Below, in pieces: positions 1-13,642 of a DNA stretch of 64,000 bases. The stretch covers positions 1 to 64,000 of the forward strand of contig CAJVPI010000008.1 in assembly GCA_910592345.1 (NCBI GenBank). The letters run 5' to 3'. The stretch is from Paraglomus brasilianum. Taxonomy: Eukaryota. Position 1 is the stretch's first letter. The number at the start of each line of letters is the position of its first letter. Both the position numbers and the translations under genes were made by a program. The notes beneath the pieces are model-generated. The model was not told the DNA's origin. It did no database searches and saw only the letters and a program-made list of their open reading frames with translations.

Positions 1-979
1 CCTGGAAAATTTAAGGAGTTATTATTATGTACGTTTAGATGATACAACCGGTAGGATACTTTTGCACGTTACTGTATCAAGAACTTGTAGTAGTTGGGAC
101 GCCTCGATAATGAAAATGTATCATGTCTAGCTACAGATTGACTTCTTTGCTTGATAGCTGACAATGACGATAATATTAAATACTCCGTCCGTCCACTTAA
201 TCCGCTTTTTCAATAAATCATTACTTCAGAAACCATATATCTTATCAAATTGCTAATTCAGAAATTTGGAAATTTATAAGACCGGTTCAATAATTTTGTC
301 ATTAGGCATTCTTTTTCGATTGCCCGACAGTTAAGTTGATGATGGAGAGTTTTTTTCTATCAAAGAGTTGCTTCGCACATTGGCCAAAAAGAACTGCACG
401 TTAACTTTTAACTTAATTGTAAACATTATCTATATTCAAATCTTAATAGAAAAACTGGTTATCGAAATATCAATTTCTTCTCGATTTCACAGTTATGTGT
501 CTAATCATTACTGTACATCCAAATCAAATCCCTAATTCACTTATTAAGTATTATCTAATTTAATTACAGTCAACTTGGTATGTACACTAAACTATGTGCA
601 AATTTTACGTAAGTGAAAATTGCAAACTATTTTCTTGTTAGAAGTTCTGAGAACGTAACATTGATTCTTTATTCAAAACTAGTATACTATGAAAAGGGAC
701 CCCCAAATTCATCGATCAGAACTGAAAGCGTCACTAAAAAGTCGATATTAAACATATTTGTCAACACTTACGGCAACGCTGCGAGATATCGGTAAAGTGG
801 GGTATCAATAGGTTTTCTTTCTACTGATAATATGAGTGATACGCAAAATATCGATTTATCGGGAACATTCAAACAAAATCCAAGCTTTATTGTTTACGCG
901 CAAATAAAATATTGATAGACGTTTGCTCTTTTCCTTTAAAATAGACGTGAGTCAACAATTAAAAAGTATGCTCTATACT

Positions 980-1409
980 CAGTAGCGGGTTGGAGAGAAA
1001 GTCAAACAATACCTGTGGCTGTCTAAAGCAGACTTAACCTTACAGAAGGATAAATACCAGTTCTTCAATTTGTTTTCCTCTTTAAAGAAAGAACAATTTA
1101 CTAGAGGTACTATCTCTTCGTATTTATATATTCTCGCTTCCATTTCTTCGTCGATACTCATATATTGCTCCGTTTTCCAAGCCCAGACTATCAATAAGAG
1201 ATTGTAAATTATTAATTTCATGTCGGTTCACTAACAGTTGGCTCACAATGTTTGACTCTGTTCCAAATTTAATATGTGAGGGGTGAGATTTAACAGTAAA
1301 GGCCATGCACATATCAGTACAAGAGACAAAATTTTCTATGTAAATTTGGGAACGGAATTTTTTATTGTTATGTGTAGATTATTGGTATCGATACAACGAG
1401 GTTTGCCTG
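980..1409 (-). mobile_element. Partial pogo/Tigger-like DNA transposon remnant (one terminus plus degraded transposase C-terminal-like sequence)
   Basis: The minus strand begins TA|CAGGCAAACCTCGTTGTATCG at 1409, resembling Tigger-type TIRs. Broken frames read INNLQSLIDSLGLEN and MSIDEEME, like pogo C-terminal tails. No matching second TIR was found. Confidence 0.35.
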
Positions 1410-1552
1410 TATTCTATTTTATCCTTTTTTGTTCAGGAAAATGATTAATATTAAGTTGTTTTCAAATGACGCGGTAAAGATTTACGCCAACACGAAATTC
1501 TTGTCTACGAAAAAGTAGCCGACCAAGCTTCTTTTTTTTTAATTTCTACATA

Positions 1553-1980
1553 CACAGTCAGCCTCGATAAGCCGGCCAACAGGAGCTGGTTCTGGATGGC
1601 CGGCTTATCGAGGGACCGGTTTATCGAGACCCACGTGATGAAAGATATTTAATTAAACAATTTTATTATTGTACATGATACTGCTCCAATCGTATGATCT
1701 AATGATATAATTGATAATGCTGCTCTAATCATATAATTATAATGTAGTGACATGTATAATCGTATGACTGTAGTGCTTTGATTGTTGATTGTAATAACCA
1801 GTTAAATTTGACAAAAACTGTGTCACATATTACAACAATCACGTGGCCGGCTTATCAACTAAGACCTGGCTGAAGCTGTTGGCCGGCTTACAGCTTATCG
1901 AGAATTTTTGAATAGTGGAAAAAACAGCTGAAAAATTTTGGCCGGCTTAAGCCAAAACCGGCTTATTGAGGCTGACTGTG
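1553..1980. mobile_element. MITE of Tc1/mariner-pogo type
   Basis: TIR CACAGTCAGCCTCGATAAGCCGG (1553-1575) matches CCGGCTTATTGAGGCTGACTGTG (1958-1980) with 1 mismatch. TA flanks both sides. GGCCGGCTTA sub-terminal motifs recur internally. No ORF. Confidence 0.85.
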
Positions 1981-2740
1981 TATCGTATTAATTAGTAATT
2001 TTTTTAGGTTTAATCTTTGACGATTAATTTTCTATTCTGAAAAGCTATTAATTACGTGTACTTTATGTGTTGCCATAAATAAATTGGGTTTGTTTGCTTA
2101 CAATTTAAATGTGAATTAAACGAGTTCGAACGTGTGCAAGTTGTGGTTTATGAAAAGTAGGGAGGACTCGTGAGGCCATTGGTTGCATTTTAAGGACTCC
2201 AAAACCACTGTAACAGATACAACTGTTCGTCGTGGTAATTCAAATAATAGATTAAATGCCAACAGTACTGGAAGGCCACGAAGAATCGCCAAAAGCTCAA
2301 GCAGATTACAAAACCAAATAATTGACCTACTGAGTATTAAAATTTGCAATTATTATTAATATTAAACATAATTTTATCACTTGGGCAGATACTTTTTGGA
2401 AATAAAACGTAATTTTATTGGGTGGTCGGAGCACTTTTGTATAGATATGACGATGTTTCAATTTTTTCGATGCAGTGTAACGAATAAACCGCCAATAAAA
2501 TTCAAGAATTTAATATCATATGATATACTACAAATTGTTTAGTTTTAAATTTCCTTTGATCTTAAAGTATCTAAATTGATAAATTGTTGATTGTCCATAA
2601 ATGCCTCGTCCAAGTGGCAAGCAGGAAGCAAAACAAAAATGGTTCTTCCAACACTGCATATACAGTATTATAAACTAGATTTCAATCACTTTTTTTATTC
2701 TGTAGTTTTTGTTTATTATTAATCAAATGATTAATTTTTT

Positions 2741-2918
2741 AAAGTTGATGAGTAGAGCAATTCCTATCTTTGAGATAATCCATCCTGGCTGTATTGGAGT
2801 TTTTTGTTTTGATCAGTCAACTAATCACAAAGCAAATGACAGAGGATGCACTTGTAGTTACAAGAATGAATTTAGGTCCAGCAAAAAGCAAGTAAAGTTG
2901 CATGATGGTTGGTATTAG
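2741..2918 (+). pseudogene. Fragment of a DDE DNA transposase (IS630-Tc1-mariner-like fungal family)
   Basis: AIPIFEIIHPGCIGVFCFDQSTNHKA is followed after a frameshift by DALVVTRMNLGP..KQVKLHDGWY, matching the remembered AIPIFE..FD.S..H..DAL...MNL.PG motif. It is cut by the element starting at 2921. Confidence 0.55.
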
Positions 2919-2920
2919 CA

Positions 2921-3872
2921 CACTCATCCGAAATAAGTATCGGACCCCCTTTAATTTTAATTTGCCCAACAATTCACATAATAATTGTTTCCAAATTTTT
3001 ATACGTCATAGCTTAGATTTCTGTTGACATATAGTATAAAGTATGCATCATGTCCATTAATTGTCAGTCATTTACAAAATAAATACTAGAGTCGACCAAA
3101 TCTACAAATACACATCTAATTTACAGTAGCGGCCATAAGTATCCTACCCTTCTAATTCGGGACAGGAGTGAGTAGACGCTTTGAAAATTTCTCTACATAT
3201 AGTGTATCAAAAACCCTGATGGCCTGTAAATTTTTAGCTCAATTGAATGTCTAGAAAAATTTTCAAAACCAAATGTTTTTACCTCAAGATAAATCATGTT
3301 CATGTGCGATTTCGGTCATAAAAATTCAAAAATACATATCTCGACACTTTTCTAACCAACTTTCGGGATTTTTTTATTTTGTTCTTCTGCCCCATTAGAA
3401 TACATTAATATAATTTTAAACAGATTACTGTGTGATTGCTACTGCAGAATGCGAACGATCATGCAACATAATGATGTTAATTGATATTTATGTGCGTTTA
3501 TTGTTAAGTATAATAATAATTTTCTTTTAATTCGACCGCAACAACCTACGAATACGTAAAGACAGATCTGACAAACAAAACAAAGAAAAGATTACGCAAA
3601 TTGATTAGAAATATGTGGAGATATGGGGTTTTGAAGTTCGTGTTCAAAATAATGACATGCGGTTTTTTGATATGTCTACTGGAAATTATATATTTGGTTG
3701 ACTCCAGTTTTATTTTGTAAATGACTGACAATTAATGGACATGATGCATACTTTACACTATATGTCAACAGAAATCTAGGCTATGACATATAAAAAATTT
3801 GGAATAAATTATTATGTAGTGTTTTCTGCAAACTAAAATTAAAGGGGGTCCGTTACTTATTTCGGGTGAGTG
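2921..3872. mobile_element. Non-autonomous Tc1-like element with about 200-bp terminal inverted repeats
   Basis: 2921-~3129 is the reverse complement of ~3676-3872 (CACTCATCCGAAATAAGTATCGGACCCCCTTT / AAAGGGGGTCCGTTACTTATTTCGGGTGAGTG). The right flank is TA and the left is CA. No transposase ORF. Confidence 0.85.
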
Positions 3873-4589
3873 TATGTTTCAATTTTTCGGAGAGCTTATA
3901 TATTATTATAAAAAGTGCTCCAACTTTAAAACCTGGACATTTTTAGGACAAACCGGCCAGTAACGCATATCACAATACAATAAACATAATTACTGGCGGA
4001 TTTTCTAAAAAAAGTCTCTACATTGAGCTAAAGACAGGTGATTTTATTGTCGAGTATAATAGAGTTGGTGCTCCATATATCAAAAGTAGACTTCTATTGA
4101 TATTAATTGCTTTCAGTCTTATTACCTTGAAACATGGCAATAGAACAATCATTATTTAAAGAATAGTTAATATTAAGTTAGCTACAAGTATACTAAAAGC
4201 TAGAAAAATCAAAATTGTTATTCAATAATTGTAAATGTTGAGCAGATTTTCAGTAAACTTACCAATGTTATTCTTAGCACGAAATAGTAAGGCTAATTTA
4301 GGCTAATAAAAATTGCATAATTATAATACACTTACTACCACCCATTTATTCATTCCATCCATCCATTTGTTGTAATTTCATCCACATCATGTCTGCACTT
4401 ACAAATATCACCTGTTTCTCCCTTGACAATTTTAGAGCAATGAAAACTGGAAAACAGACAAAGATATGGATCAAAGCGACATTGAAGCTAATGCAATCAA
4501 AAAAGCTTTTCCAGAATGCTCATAATAATGGACTTTCTGTATTGTTCATACCATGCAAATATGGATGAGAAATTTATGAGAAAACAGTA

Positions 4590-4830
4590 AGGGATAAAAT
4601 GGTTATTATTATGGCAATGTACAGGATGACAAAGATAGCAGCATATTAATATGTGATTTGCAAGTAGTTTCTGGCATTCAGCAAGGATATTTTGACTTCC
4701 ACTGGCAATACTTGCTAATAACAAAATTCTATTGCAATTACTGCTGCTGGAGCAATTCTGGGAAGTCTACTCAAAAGATTTAATCACAAAACTCTCTTTG
4801 TTGTTGATGAGCATGGTGTTCTTCTCCATG
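4590..4830 (+). pseudogene. Degraded Crinkler-like/P-loop gene relic
   Basis: Broken frames ICK*FLAFSKDILTS and KTLFVVDEHGVL (Walker-B-like) resemble Glomeromycotina CRN-type proteins from memory. The region is strongly CpG-depleted and contains stop codons. Confidence 0.35.
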
Positions 4831-5959
4831 TCAATTGTGCTTTCATCCTTTGCTTTGCTTAATTACAGAGTAAAGAGTTGTGAATTATGATAACCTCTGT
4901 AAGATGGCAATTAGCATGCTAAAAATGCTTTCAATTTGTGTGCATTATTTTATGGTATAATTATAATTGCTTTGCTTCACAATGGAACACTTGCTTGAAC
5001 TTTCAATTTATCATTTTTGTTAGACAATAATAAAGTCATTATATTCAGTAGTTATTATGCCAACAATAAAACTTATGTAATTATAAGATGGAGACTATTC
5101 TGGATGAGATACTTTTATAGCATCTTAATCTATTTGGTTGAAAACCAAAATCAAATTGTTTTATGCTTTAATAGTTCTAATGTGGGTACCACTGTCAAGA
5201 CTTACTATACTGTATATTTGCTTATATTAATATTGATATGTGCTCAGGGAATACATTTTCATATTGTTTTAATTAGTTCAAGTTTGATCTTGTTTGGAAT
5301 AATGGCCACATGGATGCCTTTATTATAATGAGTTGTCTTTGCAGTCTGTAAAAATAACTAGAAGACAGAAAAACAATGAGCGCAATAATAAATAAGCCAT
5401 TAATACCTTGTGTTAATACTTGTTTCAATCCTTTTTTGTTTTAATTTATGTAGAAGGGATGAGAATCCTTGTGAAGGTGCAGACTGAACTGCTAACATGC
5501 AAATTGAACATATTAATACAGTCTGAGATGTAAATTCGGCTTCATTTTCAAAATATAGTTAATGGTAAAAGCAGGTTTTCTCAGATGGTGAAGAAAGTGA
5601 TTTTGTATCACTATATTAATATGGTTTCTTATGAGGCTAATAATTTCAATGCACAAAATCTGACATGCTTATGATTATGATGCATAATAACTTAATATTA
5701 GAAAAACCAATTATTAAACATCTCGCTCTCTGTGAATCAAGTATCAGGTTCAAATAGAAGCTGAAAAACTGGAACACTTTCACGTACATGTGTTTATTGC
5801 TTGGAGGCTCTGTATTCAGATGCCTAATATAACGCTTGCCAAGAGATTCTTTTACTAGGCCGAGGAGAGTGATGATAGTTTTATTATTAAGGGCTTAGAC
5901 ATGTTATTAAGTAAGTCCGGTATGTATAATATTTATTAGAATTAACATTAGCATATACA

Positions 5960-6125
5960 CAGTGAAACTGGATATAACGAAGTGGTCCGTTCCAACCTTT
6001 TTCTTCGTTACATCCAGGTTTTTCGTTATACCCGGGCAGAAAATTCTATTAGACAAGGGTTTGGGACATCGAAAAAACTTCGTTATAGTCGAAATTCGTT
6101 TTGTCCAGGTTTCGTTATATCCAGT
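5960..6125. mobile_element. Small pogo-like MITE, right end eroded
   Basis: CAGTGAAACTGGATATAACGAA (5960-5981) pairs with TTCGTTATATCCAGT (6111-6125). TTCGTTATA motifs recur internally. The same motif family occurs at 26914-27080. Confidence 0.6.
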
Positions 6126-8899
6126 ATTATAAAAGTTATGAACGTAAAATACAACTATGCAATACAACCGCTGACTGACTATATGATTATCGATTTTCTT
6201 GAACAGTGCATATTTCTCTGATATCTCTGGTTAGCACTGACCAAGATAATGACGACTGAAGAGAATAAGCTGGCAGCGAACTCATAAAACACGCGCATAA
6301 AACACACGCACATGAGATAAATTAATTTATGAGAAACAGTTGCGTATTGGCAAACCTTTGATATATTTATCGCGTCTTAATTAATAGCGCAAGTCGAAAA
6401 CATAATAATAACCCAGTTATTATTTCGAGCTTCCTTACTAAATCTTGTGTCAAGTGTCATTTTCTTACTCGTTCATATTAAGAGCGAGTTAATTATAGAC
6501 GCTATTGGTTTATTATTTGGCAACGATCGAAAAGACAGTAAAAGAGCGAACAATTTAACAGCACGCTATTTATATGTTTATTCGAGTGGTGGTGCTCCGA
6601 GATGGAATAATGGCTTTCCGGCCTTATGACCGATATACGCAAGAGAATATTTGTGGACATTAATATCCAATGAAGAATCGCAAGATTGCATTTTCAAGCA
6701 AAGTATGGATTAATTAAAAATCTGTCAGTCAAACCAAGTTTACTAGCCGGAACAAAAAACCCGCATTGAATCCAACGTTTTATTTTAACAAAATTGATAT
6801 CCGAAATTCCTAATTGGAGCTATTTACGCAATAAGGAATTTTTATATCCTGAAGAACAATCCAAAAGAAAAAACCAAAGAGCTAATCCAACGATGGATTA
6901 AAAGTTTAAGTAACTAATGTAACGGTGTCGAAATGGTAGCACCAACAAAGAACTCTTGCAGTAACTTAACTAAAGAAATAGATTATACTAGGGTTTATGA
7001 TAGTAATGCAAAGCGACTCTAAATCTTTTCTTGGCCAAATATCGTCAATCAGCTTGAATTATTCGATTTTGTTAATTATAAGTCCGAGGCATTGGAGAGA
7101 CAATTAGTGATCGAAAAATCCGAAATCTAATATAGTGATAGGTGTGATCAGCCAGTTGTTACGTTCAATTCTTATACCAATATAGACAAATAGCCAAAAG
7201 TTGGTGGTGCGCTATGGTCCAAAAACCATAACATCTATTAAAAAATGAAAGACTAGTGATAATATTGATAGTCTTGCCGTAAATTATCATTTATAGGCAA
7301 TTTGGTATGCGAATAGTCGTATTTTTGTCTTAAATTGGAAATTGACCTAATTCAGAAAAGCGCATATTTATAATAATAGTAAATATTAACCAAAAAATGA
7401 CATAAACTTAACTGCGCCAAATATTCTCTGCGTGACATTCCCACATGACATTCGCACCCTGCGAATTATAATAACCCTATCGATTATTATTGGTTAACAT
7501 GGGGAGGTGGGGATTACTCCTTGATTTGGTGTTACCGGATGAGGAAAGTGAAGAAGAGACATCATCCCGTACTCGCGTTATTATTAATTTTCGTCGTTAT
7601 GCAGCTATTTGGTACATCCCCTTTCTTCGTATATTAATATCTCAATGCATTTCCATTTCTACCCACCATTAAGAAGAATTTGCATCGAAATGCTTTGTTT
7701 ATGATTACAGATACATTGAACATTCATCTGTTGCCCTTCCCCCTTTACCTCCCCCACATGGTCGCCGCCAAGCAAGATTACAATTAAATCAATTATATTG
7801 TTCAATGAATTATGGGAAACGATTTGTGGAAAGAAGATGCATGCAAGCTCTTTACAATGCATACAATGATGTAATATGGTCACATATGACCTAACGAGCA
7901 GTAAACAAAAACATAATGAACAGAAAGTTGTATTGTTAGTAAAGAGGGCACGGTAGATCATTTGGACATATCAGCTGTTATGGTCATTTGGAATACCCGG
8001 TTCAACTATTACCGATTGTTACATGGGAGCAAGGGTCAAGGAGCGCTCTCCACTTGATCTGAGTTGCACAACATTAAGCAGGGATCCATGTCTGATCAAA
8101 TCGAATTCCAAGCCTCTTTAAGCAATAACTACAATTGTAAGCATTTTTGTCTAGCTGTCGATTGCTGCATGAGAACAATACGAGTGATTGTTTCGATGCA
8201 TGCATGTTTAGGGACTTTTTAATGGCTTGGTCATGCATCAATCCATTATACGTAATCACACGCCTTAGCGGCGTGGGGTAAGAGAGGTGATGGGGGAGAA
8301 CCATTGATCAAGACATTAACTATTCCAAAAAGACTATTTGAAGAATGTTGGTGAACAACGTGGAAGACCAGCTGATGCACATGTGATAATAAATATTTGT
8401 CAAGTTCGTGTGCATTCTACCGTACATATGAACGCATTTCAGGATCGATTGTTTGGATATTCGGCCCATGCATTATACGGGCCAAGGTTGAACAAAATGC
8501 AGGCAACAGTGGTGCACATTCTTAGTTGGCTCTGTTTGGCGTTCTTTTTCTTTTCTTTTTTCCTTTTTGCTAATTCCTTGATAAGCGAGCGAAAACGCAG
8601 AAACTGGTACCATTATTATAGTTGCACAGTTATACAGTAACATACATAGTTCTATCGATCTATTAAATCATTCATTTGTCTTAAGATTTGTGCAAGTAGC
8701 AGCAGAGTAAAAATACAACCGTCCCTTATTTGTATCCTCTTCGTTTATATCCCACCCTCGGATGTAACTTAGTTTTGACGCTGGGCGGATTAGGATTTAC
8801 TATACATGCATTCGTGCTACATAAAAGATTATCTCATTTCTATATATGGTTCAAGTCTCAGCCAACGATGAATTAAATTATTCATGCTCTAGCTCTACG

Positions 8900-9940
8900 G
8901 AGCGATGAAAGAATTTGGTGTAGATCTCAAATAACATTATCCATTCCTCCTCCTCCTTCCATTCACATTGTTACATAAATACCAGGCATTAGGCCAAGTT
9001 TCTTTATTGATTCAGTTAGTAATGTAGATAGCATATGCTTTCTCATGTATTAGCTGTCTAAAAACAGCTTTAGCAGTTTATCTGTAGTTGTCAATAAAAA
9101 TCCTATAAAATCGAATTTGGTGTAGATCAAGTAGTATTCTTGAAGAAGCATTCTACAAATGGTTTCAAAGTTTACGTAGTCAGAATATTCCTGTATCCCA
9201 AGACGTATTGAGAGTAAGAGCAGTCACGTTTTGTAACAAGGCTAGAGAAAATTGTGCATCAAAGGAACAGTTGGAGAAGTTCCAAAAACTAGTAGCTGAT
9301 GAAATCAAATCAGTACCTCTTGAGCATGTTTGAAAGTGGAGTGGAAGGAAAAATTACAAGAATTGATAGCTCTATTTGATATTGAAATGTTTGCACTACA
9401 AATAAAGCGAGCTTACTCTTTCAATTAAACCTTAACAGAACACTTGCGATAAAAAGCGATAGATCAAAAGACACCAAGAAAGACAGAAGAACGAGTCACC
9501 GTCTTACTTTGCTGCAATGCCACAGGAACAAAAAAGATTAAGCCGCTTGTTATAGGAAATATCAAAATCCTCGCTGTTTCAATAATATTAACGCACAATG
9601 TTGCCTGTCCGATACACTAAAAGCTTGGATGACAATGGATTGAATAGTTAAAGTGTTAGGCAATCAATTAGTCAAGACATTACGTTTACTAATTGCTAAT
9701 TGTCCAGTTTATACAGATGGTTCTTCCATCGGCCTTGAAACCCTGCAAGTAGAATTCATACTACCAAATCCTACATCTCATATTCAACCTTGCGATGCTG
9801 GAAATCTCAAAGTTAATTATCGATCGTTTTTGGGTTTACTACTTGGATAATGATAAGAAGCCTAAACACTAAAGAAGCAATTGCGGATGCTTGGAATAAT
9901 GTAAAACCAAGTACGATAAAAAATGCCGGCAATCTTACCT
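8900..9940 (+). pseudogene. Degraded pogo/Tigger (CENP-B-like HTH + DDE_1) transposase
   Basis: Fragments LEEAFYKWFQSLRSQNIPVSQDVLRVRA (CENP-B HTH), RVTVLLCCNATGTKKIKPLVIG and FILPNPTSHIQPCDAG (DDE_1 motifs) are interrupted by frameshifts and stops. Confidence 0.8.
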
Positions 9941-10746
9941 GAGGTAACAAACCATTCTATTGCAGGCGAAATGGAGATTGATGAAATCGATAAAGACATA
10001 GCCAATTTGCTCAACCGCCTATTGCAGATTCCTCGGTGGATATCATAGCGGAAGAATAATTTTTCGGGTTATACAGTGTTTGATAAGCGCAAATTGCCTG
10101 TCTGCAAGTAGTGCATATGGAAGAAAATTCAAGCGAGAAGGAAGCGATTATTTCTACAAAAGTGGGAAACAACGTTAGAAACAAAGGGTAGTTATTGACA
10201 GAATATATTAACCAATAAAATTTCTCGTGTTACTCGATTAATAAAATTATATTTCAGTTAACAGATATAAGTTTCTGTGAAATATAATGGAGATTGACCA
10301 TCATACCTATATTAAGTAACCATGAAAGTTACCAAAATTAGACACTTCTTGTAGTACAGCATAACCAGCGACCATCGTCAAATCATCATGAATTAAAAGT
10401 AATACCAATACAAATTTGGACGTCTGAAATATGGCGAAAGAGTCAGACACAATCCGCGTGCGGCCACATAAAAATGAGACAGTCAATCGTTACTCAGTGA
10501 CTCAAATAACTTAGTCTATGTCTTACACAGAGTGAAAAAAAAAACCTTGTGCTAATGTTTACCATATTGTAAGGAAGCTGTTTCACAGTAGGGGCTTTGC
10601 GTTGTAACAGTTATAAATAGCGTCGAGGTAATTTGAGGGGGAAAAAACGACTAGAAATAAATTGACAAAACACAGTATATTGTACCTAATAGACTATTTA
10701 CAAATTCAGAGCAAACTCTAGTCAATTACTTACTAAGACTCAAGAC

Positions 10747-11577
10747 ATGGTAGGCGCCGCACCACGAAATTCAACAAGAACTCGACGAGGAAGAACGAAC
10801 GGTAGCTCGCAGAAGTCTCGCGCAAATGCAACTCGCAATACTTCTTCATCCACGCCTCGTAATAACCCCTCTCGCTCTAAATCAAATGGTCCTCGAACGA
10901 TTAATGCGTTCTTTCTGTTCATGAATTCTATCCGACTCCAATCTCGCACGTCCCGGTTTCAATGTACCCTCCAGCGCTTGTTTACCAAAAAAGTGGGAGA
11001 TTGCTGGAGACAGATGTCTGAGCAAGACCGATTACGATGGCATCAAGAAGCAGAAAAATTAAAAAGAGAACGAGGGGGAAGCTCGTACATTGGAGAATAC
11101 ACCTTGGGGGCCGAAGACAGTATTACAAGCTGTGAAACAAAGAAAGAGATAGAGGATGAATACGTATTTGTCAATTATACGCCGGGAGAGAAAACCTTTA
11201 AGGGTGGTATTGTAAAGAATAAGAACAATAACAAGCAAAATGTCGCAACAAAGTCAACGGATAGATCTGCCGGTGAAGGACATGTTAACAACCTTGTCGA
11301 CGGATCGCCGGTTAATTATAATAGCGCTACGACTACCGGTCCTGTTACGTTGGATTCATTTCCGGCTCCTACACCAGTCATAGTCACCGTGTTGGGGCAG
11401 GTCATCCAGGGTGGTGACTATAACCCAATTGACACCTACTGTTACTATCCTACACCCACCTTGCCGGAAACTTTATTCCTACAGCAATATCAGGTATCTC
11501 AATTCTCTGGTCAAGCTTGGCTGATGGCAGACAATTACGATCATCCAAATGATATCAACACTAATAAGACGGTGTGA
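10747..11577 (+). CDS. MATA-type HMG-box transcription factor, 276 aa, intronless
   Basis: PRTINAFFLFMNSIR...FTKKVGDCWRQMSEQDRLRWHQEAEKLK fits the HMG box (PR.NAF..F, W, W...A). It has a basic N-terminus and a P/T/Q-rich C-terminus. Confidence 0.85.
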   Translation: MVGAAPRNSTRTRRGRTNGSSQKSRANATRNTSSSTPRNNPSRSKSNGPRTINAFFLFMNSIRLQSRTSRFQCTLQRLFTKKVGDCWRQMSEQDRLRWHQEAEKLKRERGGSSYIGEYTLGAEDSITSCETKKEIEDEYVFVNYTPGEKTFKGGIVKNKNNNKQNVATKSTDRSAGEGHVNNLVDGSPVNYNSATTTGPVTLDSFPAPTPVIVTVLGQVIQGGDYNPIDTYCYYPTPTLPETLFLQQYQVSQFSGQAWLMADNYDHPNDINTNKTV

Positions 11578-11925
11578 ACACGATTCGAATATGGATAAGA
11601 ATACTGGGGACTATATGGGAGTGTAATAACATAGAAAGTTCACATGTTTAAACTTATGTTGTTAGAATATATTGTACTTAAGAAAACAAACAATAAGATT
11701 AAACTATAATTGTCAATGTTAACAGTTGAGCGAGGCTGATTCTATTAAGCAATTTGCTAGTATGTCCTTTAACGTATTACCAAATTTCACGTTTTATTGT
11801 CTAGACTCAGTTGACATGCCTTGGATATTGTGATCGGAAAAAGTTTGTTTTTTTCTCCCTTAGTGTATGATTATGTATTTTACTTTTCAATCTTTCAACT
11901 CGCTCTGAATGAATATGGATTATAA

Positions 11926-12137
11926 TGTTACACGACCCCCTCGTACAAAGTGACGGGTCCTTACAGGGGTGTCTGGTAACACGATACGATTATCGGATTT
12001 TTTTTTTCTCTCTGCATGTTCGGCTACATACATTTGCATACCCCCCCCGTATGTTCATTTTAAGCTTGTCTCTTTTCTTTTTTCTTTTAGCTTTTAGCTT
12101 AAACCTTACTATAACTAGTAGTTTACGATCACTTACA
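11926..12137 (-). mobile_element. Possible solo LTR
   Basis: The minus strand reads TGTAAG...GGGTCGTGTAACA (TG...CA ends, about 210 bp). No target-site duplication is visible. Confidence 0.3.
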
Positions 12138-13642
12138 TTGTTATACGTTCATTCATTCCTGCTTCAACTTTTTGGTTTAATAAATTCAAATCTCGATATT
12201 TCACAAAGTTTTGTTTCCCCCCAATTTCATGCAAGAGCGCTTGCGTAATATACACATCCCATTGTGTATCATATTCTCAATAGGGATGGCATTCCTTTCG
12301 ATTATATTACTTTGTTGGGATAAATTCAATACGTTCCGATAAAATGTAATCTTATCAAATACGGAAAGTGGGTGTCCTATGTATATCAGTAATGACGCAA
12401 TACCTGAACAACGATCGAAAGTGCACGAGAAGTAACACAAATTATGAAGAAAACATGGGTGTGTATTGGCAGAAGTGGTGATAAGGATGAAATGGAAGTG
12501 AGCACTTTTAAGAGTCAATATTAAAGAATATTGAATTTGATAATATTAATCAATAAGACAACCTTTACTGTGCTTAATAAAATCAATAAGACAACCGGAC
12601 CCAATAAGACAATATGTGCTAAAAATAGACAAATGTAACATAGTAGATTATATTGTAATTGTGAAATAAATTTATATATAGAACGAATGAATATTCTGAA
12701 ATGCAATATCATTTCTTGTCAGGTGACTGCTGTTTATATTATATACATAAACCTGTTTGTCGTTACTTCCGAATGCAGGAGATTATGAGATATTTAGTAA
12801 ACCGTCCAATGTAATTAACAGACTTGGCATTATGTGATATGCATTAATGGCTTTTGAGCAAAAATAACTCATTGCGTTCGAGTATTCCCGAATTGATACA
12901 TTTTCTATTGATAGCGAATATTGGGAAAATACATTTTTCCGCGCCAGGAACAATAATCATCTCCCAATTTGTCGAGAGCTCCCGAAAATCCAGATTTGTA
13001 TATTTTCCTTATTTCAACTCGTAACCACTCGGCATATACAAACCAATGTTGTGCTTGATAACAATGTTATACAGTTGTTGACATTGAAAGAATATCCTTT
13101 TACGCAGAACACAGTCGTCTTGTGACATGAAGACATATCTAAACGCGCGCCTGCACTACCACCACGTGAGCCATGTGCTAAATTTTGACAGTAACAAATC
13201 AGCAGAAGGGAAACAATAAGATCACATACATAAAGCAATCGCCACGTTTTATCCAAATAAATATCGTATGCATGCTGTCTTCTGATGCATCAATTGCCTG
13301 ATCAGCTGGCACTCTAGGCATTCCAATCAAATAATGACAGATAAAAAAAGTTTATGATATTGAGAAATGGAGAATAATATGAAATATTGTTCGTTGAATT
13401 GTATAAGCGGATAAATTCAAAAAAAAAAAGGTCAAATGATTAATGCGTCTCATTTGTATATGCAATGGAACTTGTATGCAGAATATAATATATTACGCAT
13501 TCTGATTTTAAAAAGTTATATAAGAAAACTAATTAACGCAGAATATGTTCAAAAAAGCATATAAAGAAGCTGATTAACTAACCATTTGCATTACGTTCCT
13601 TCGTGAGTATACTCGAATAATCGTCTTCGCATTCTTTCGATC

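Noticed and set aside
6560..8310. LINE ORF2 3' remnants
   Set aside because: Only faint hints (e.g. TVDHL) in heavily broken frames; not supportable.
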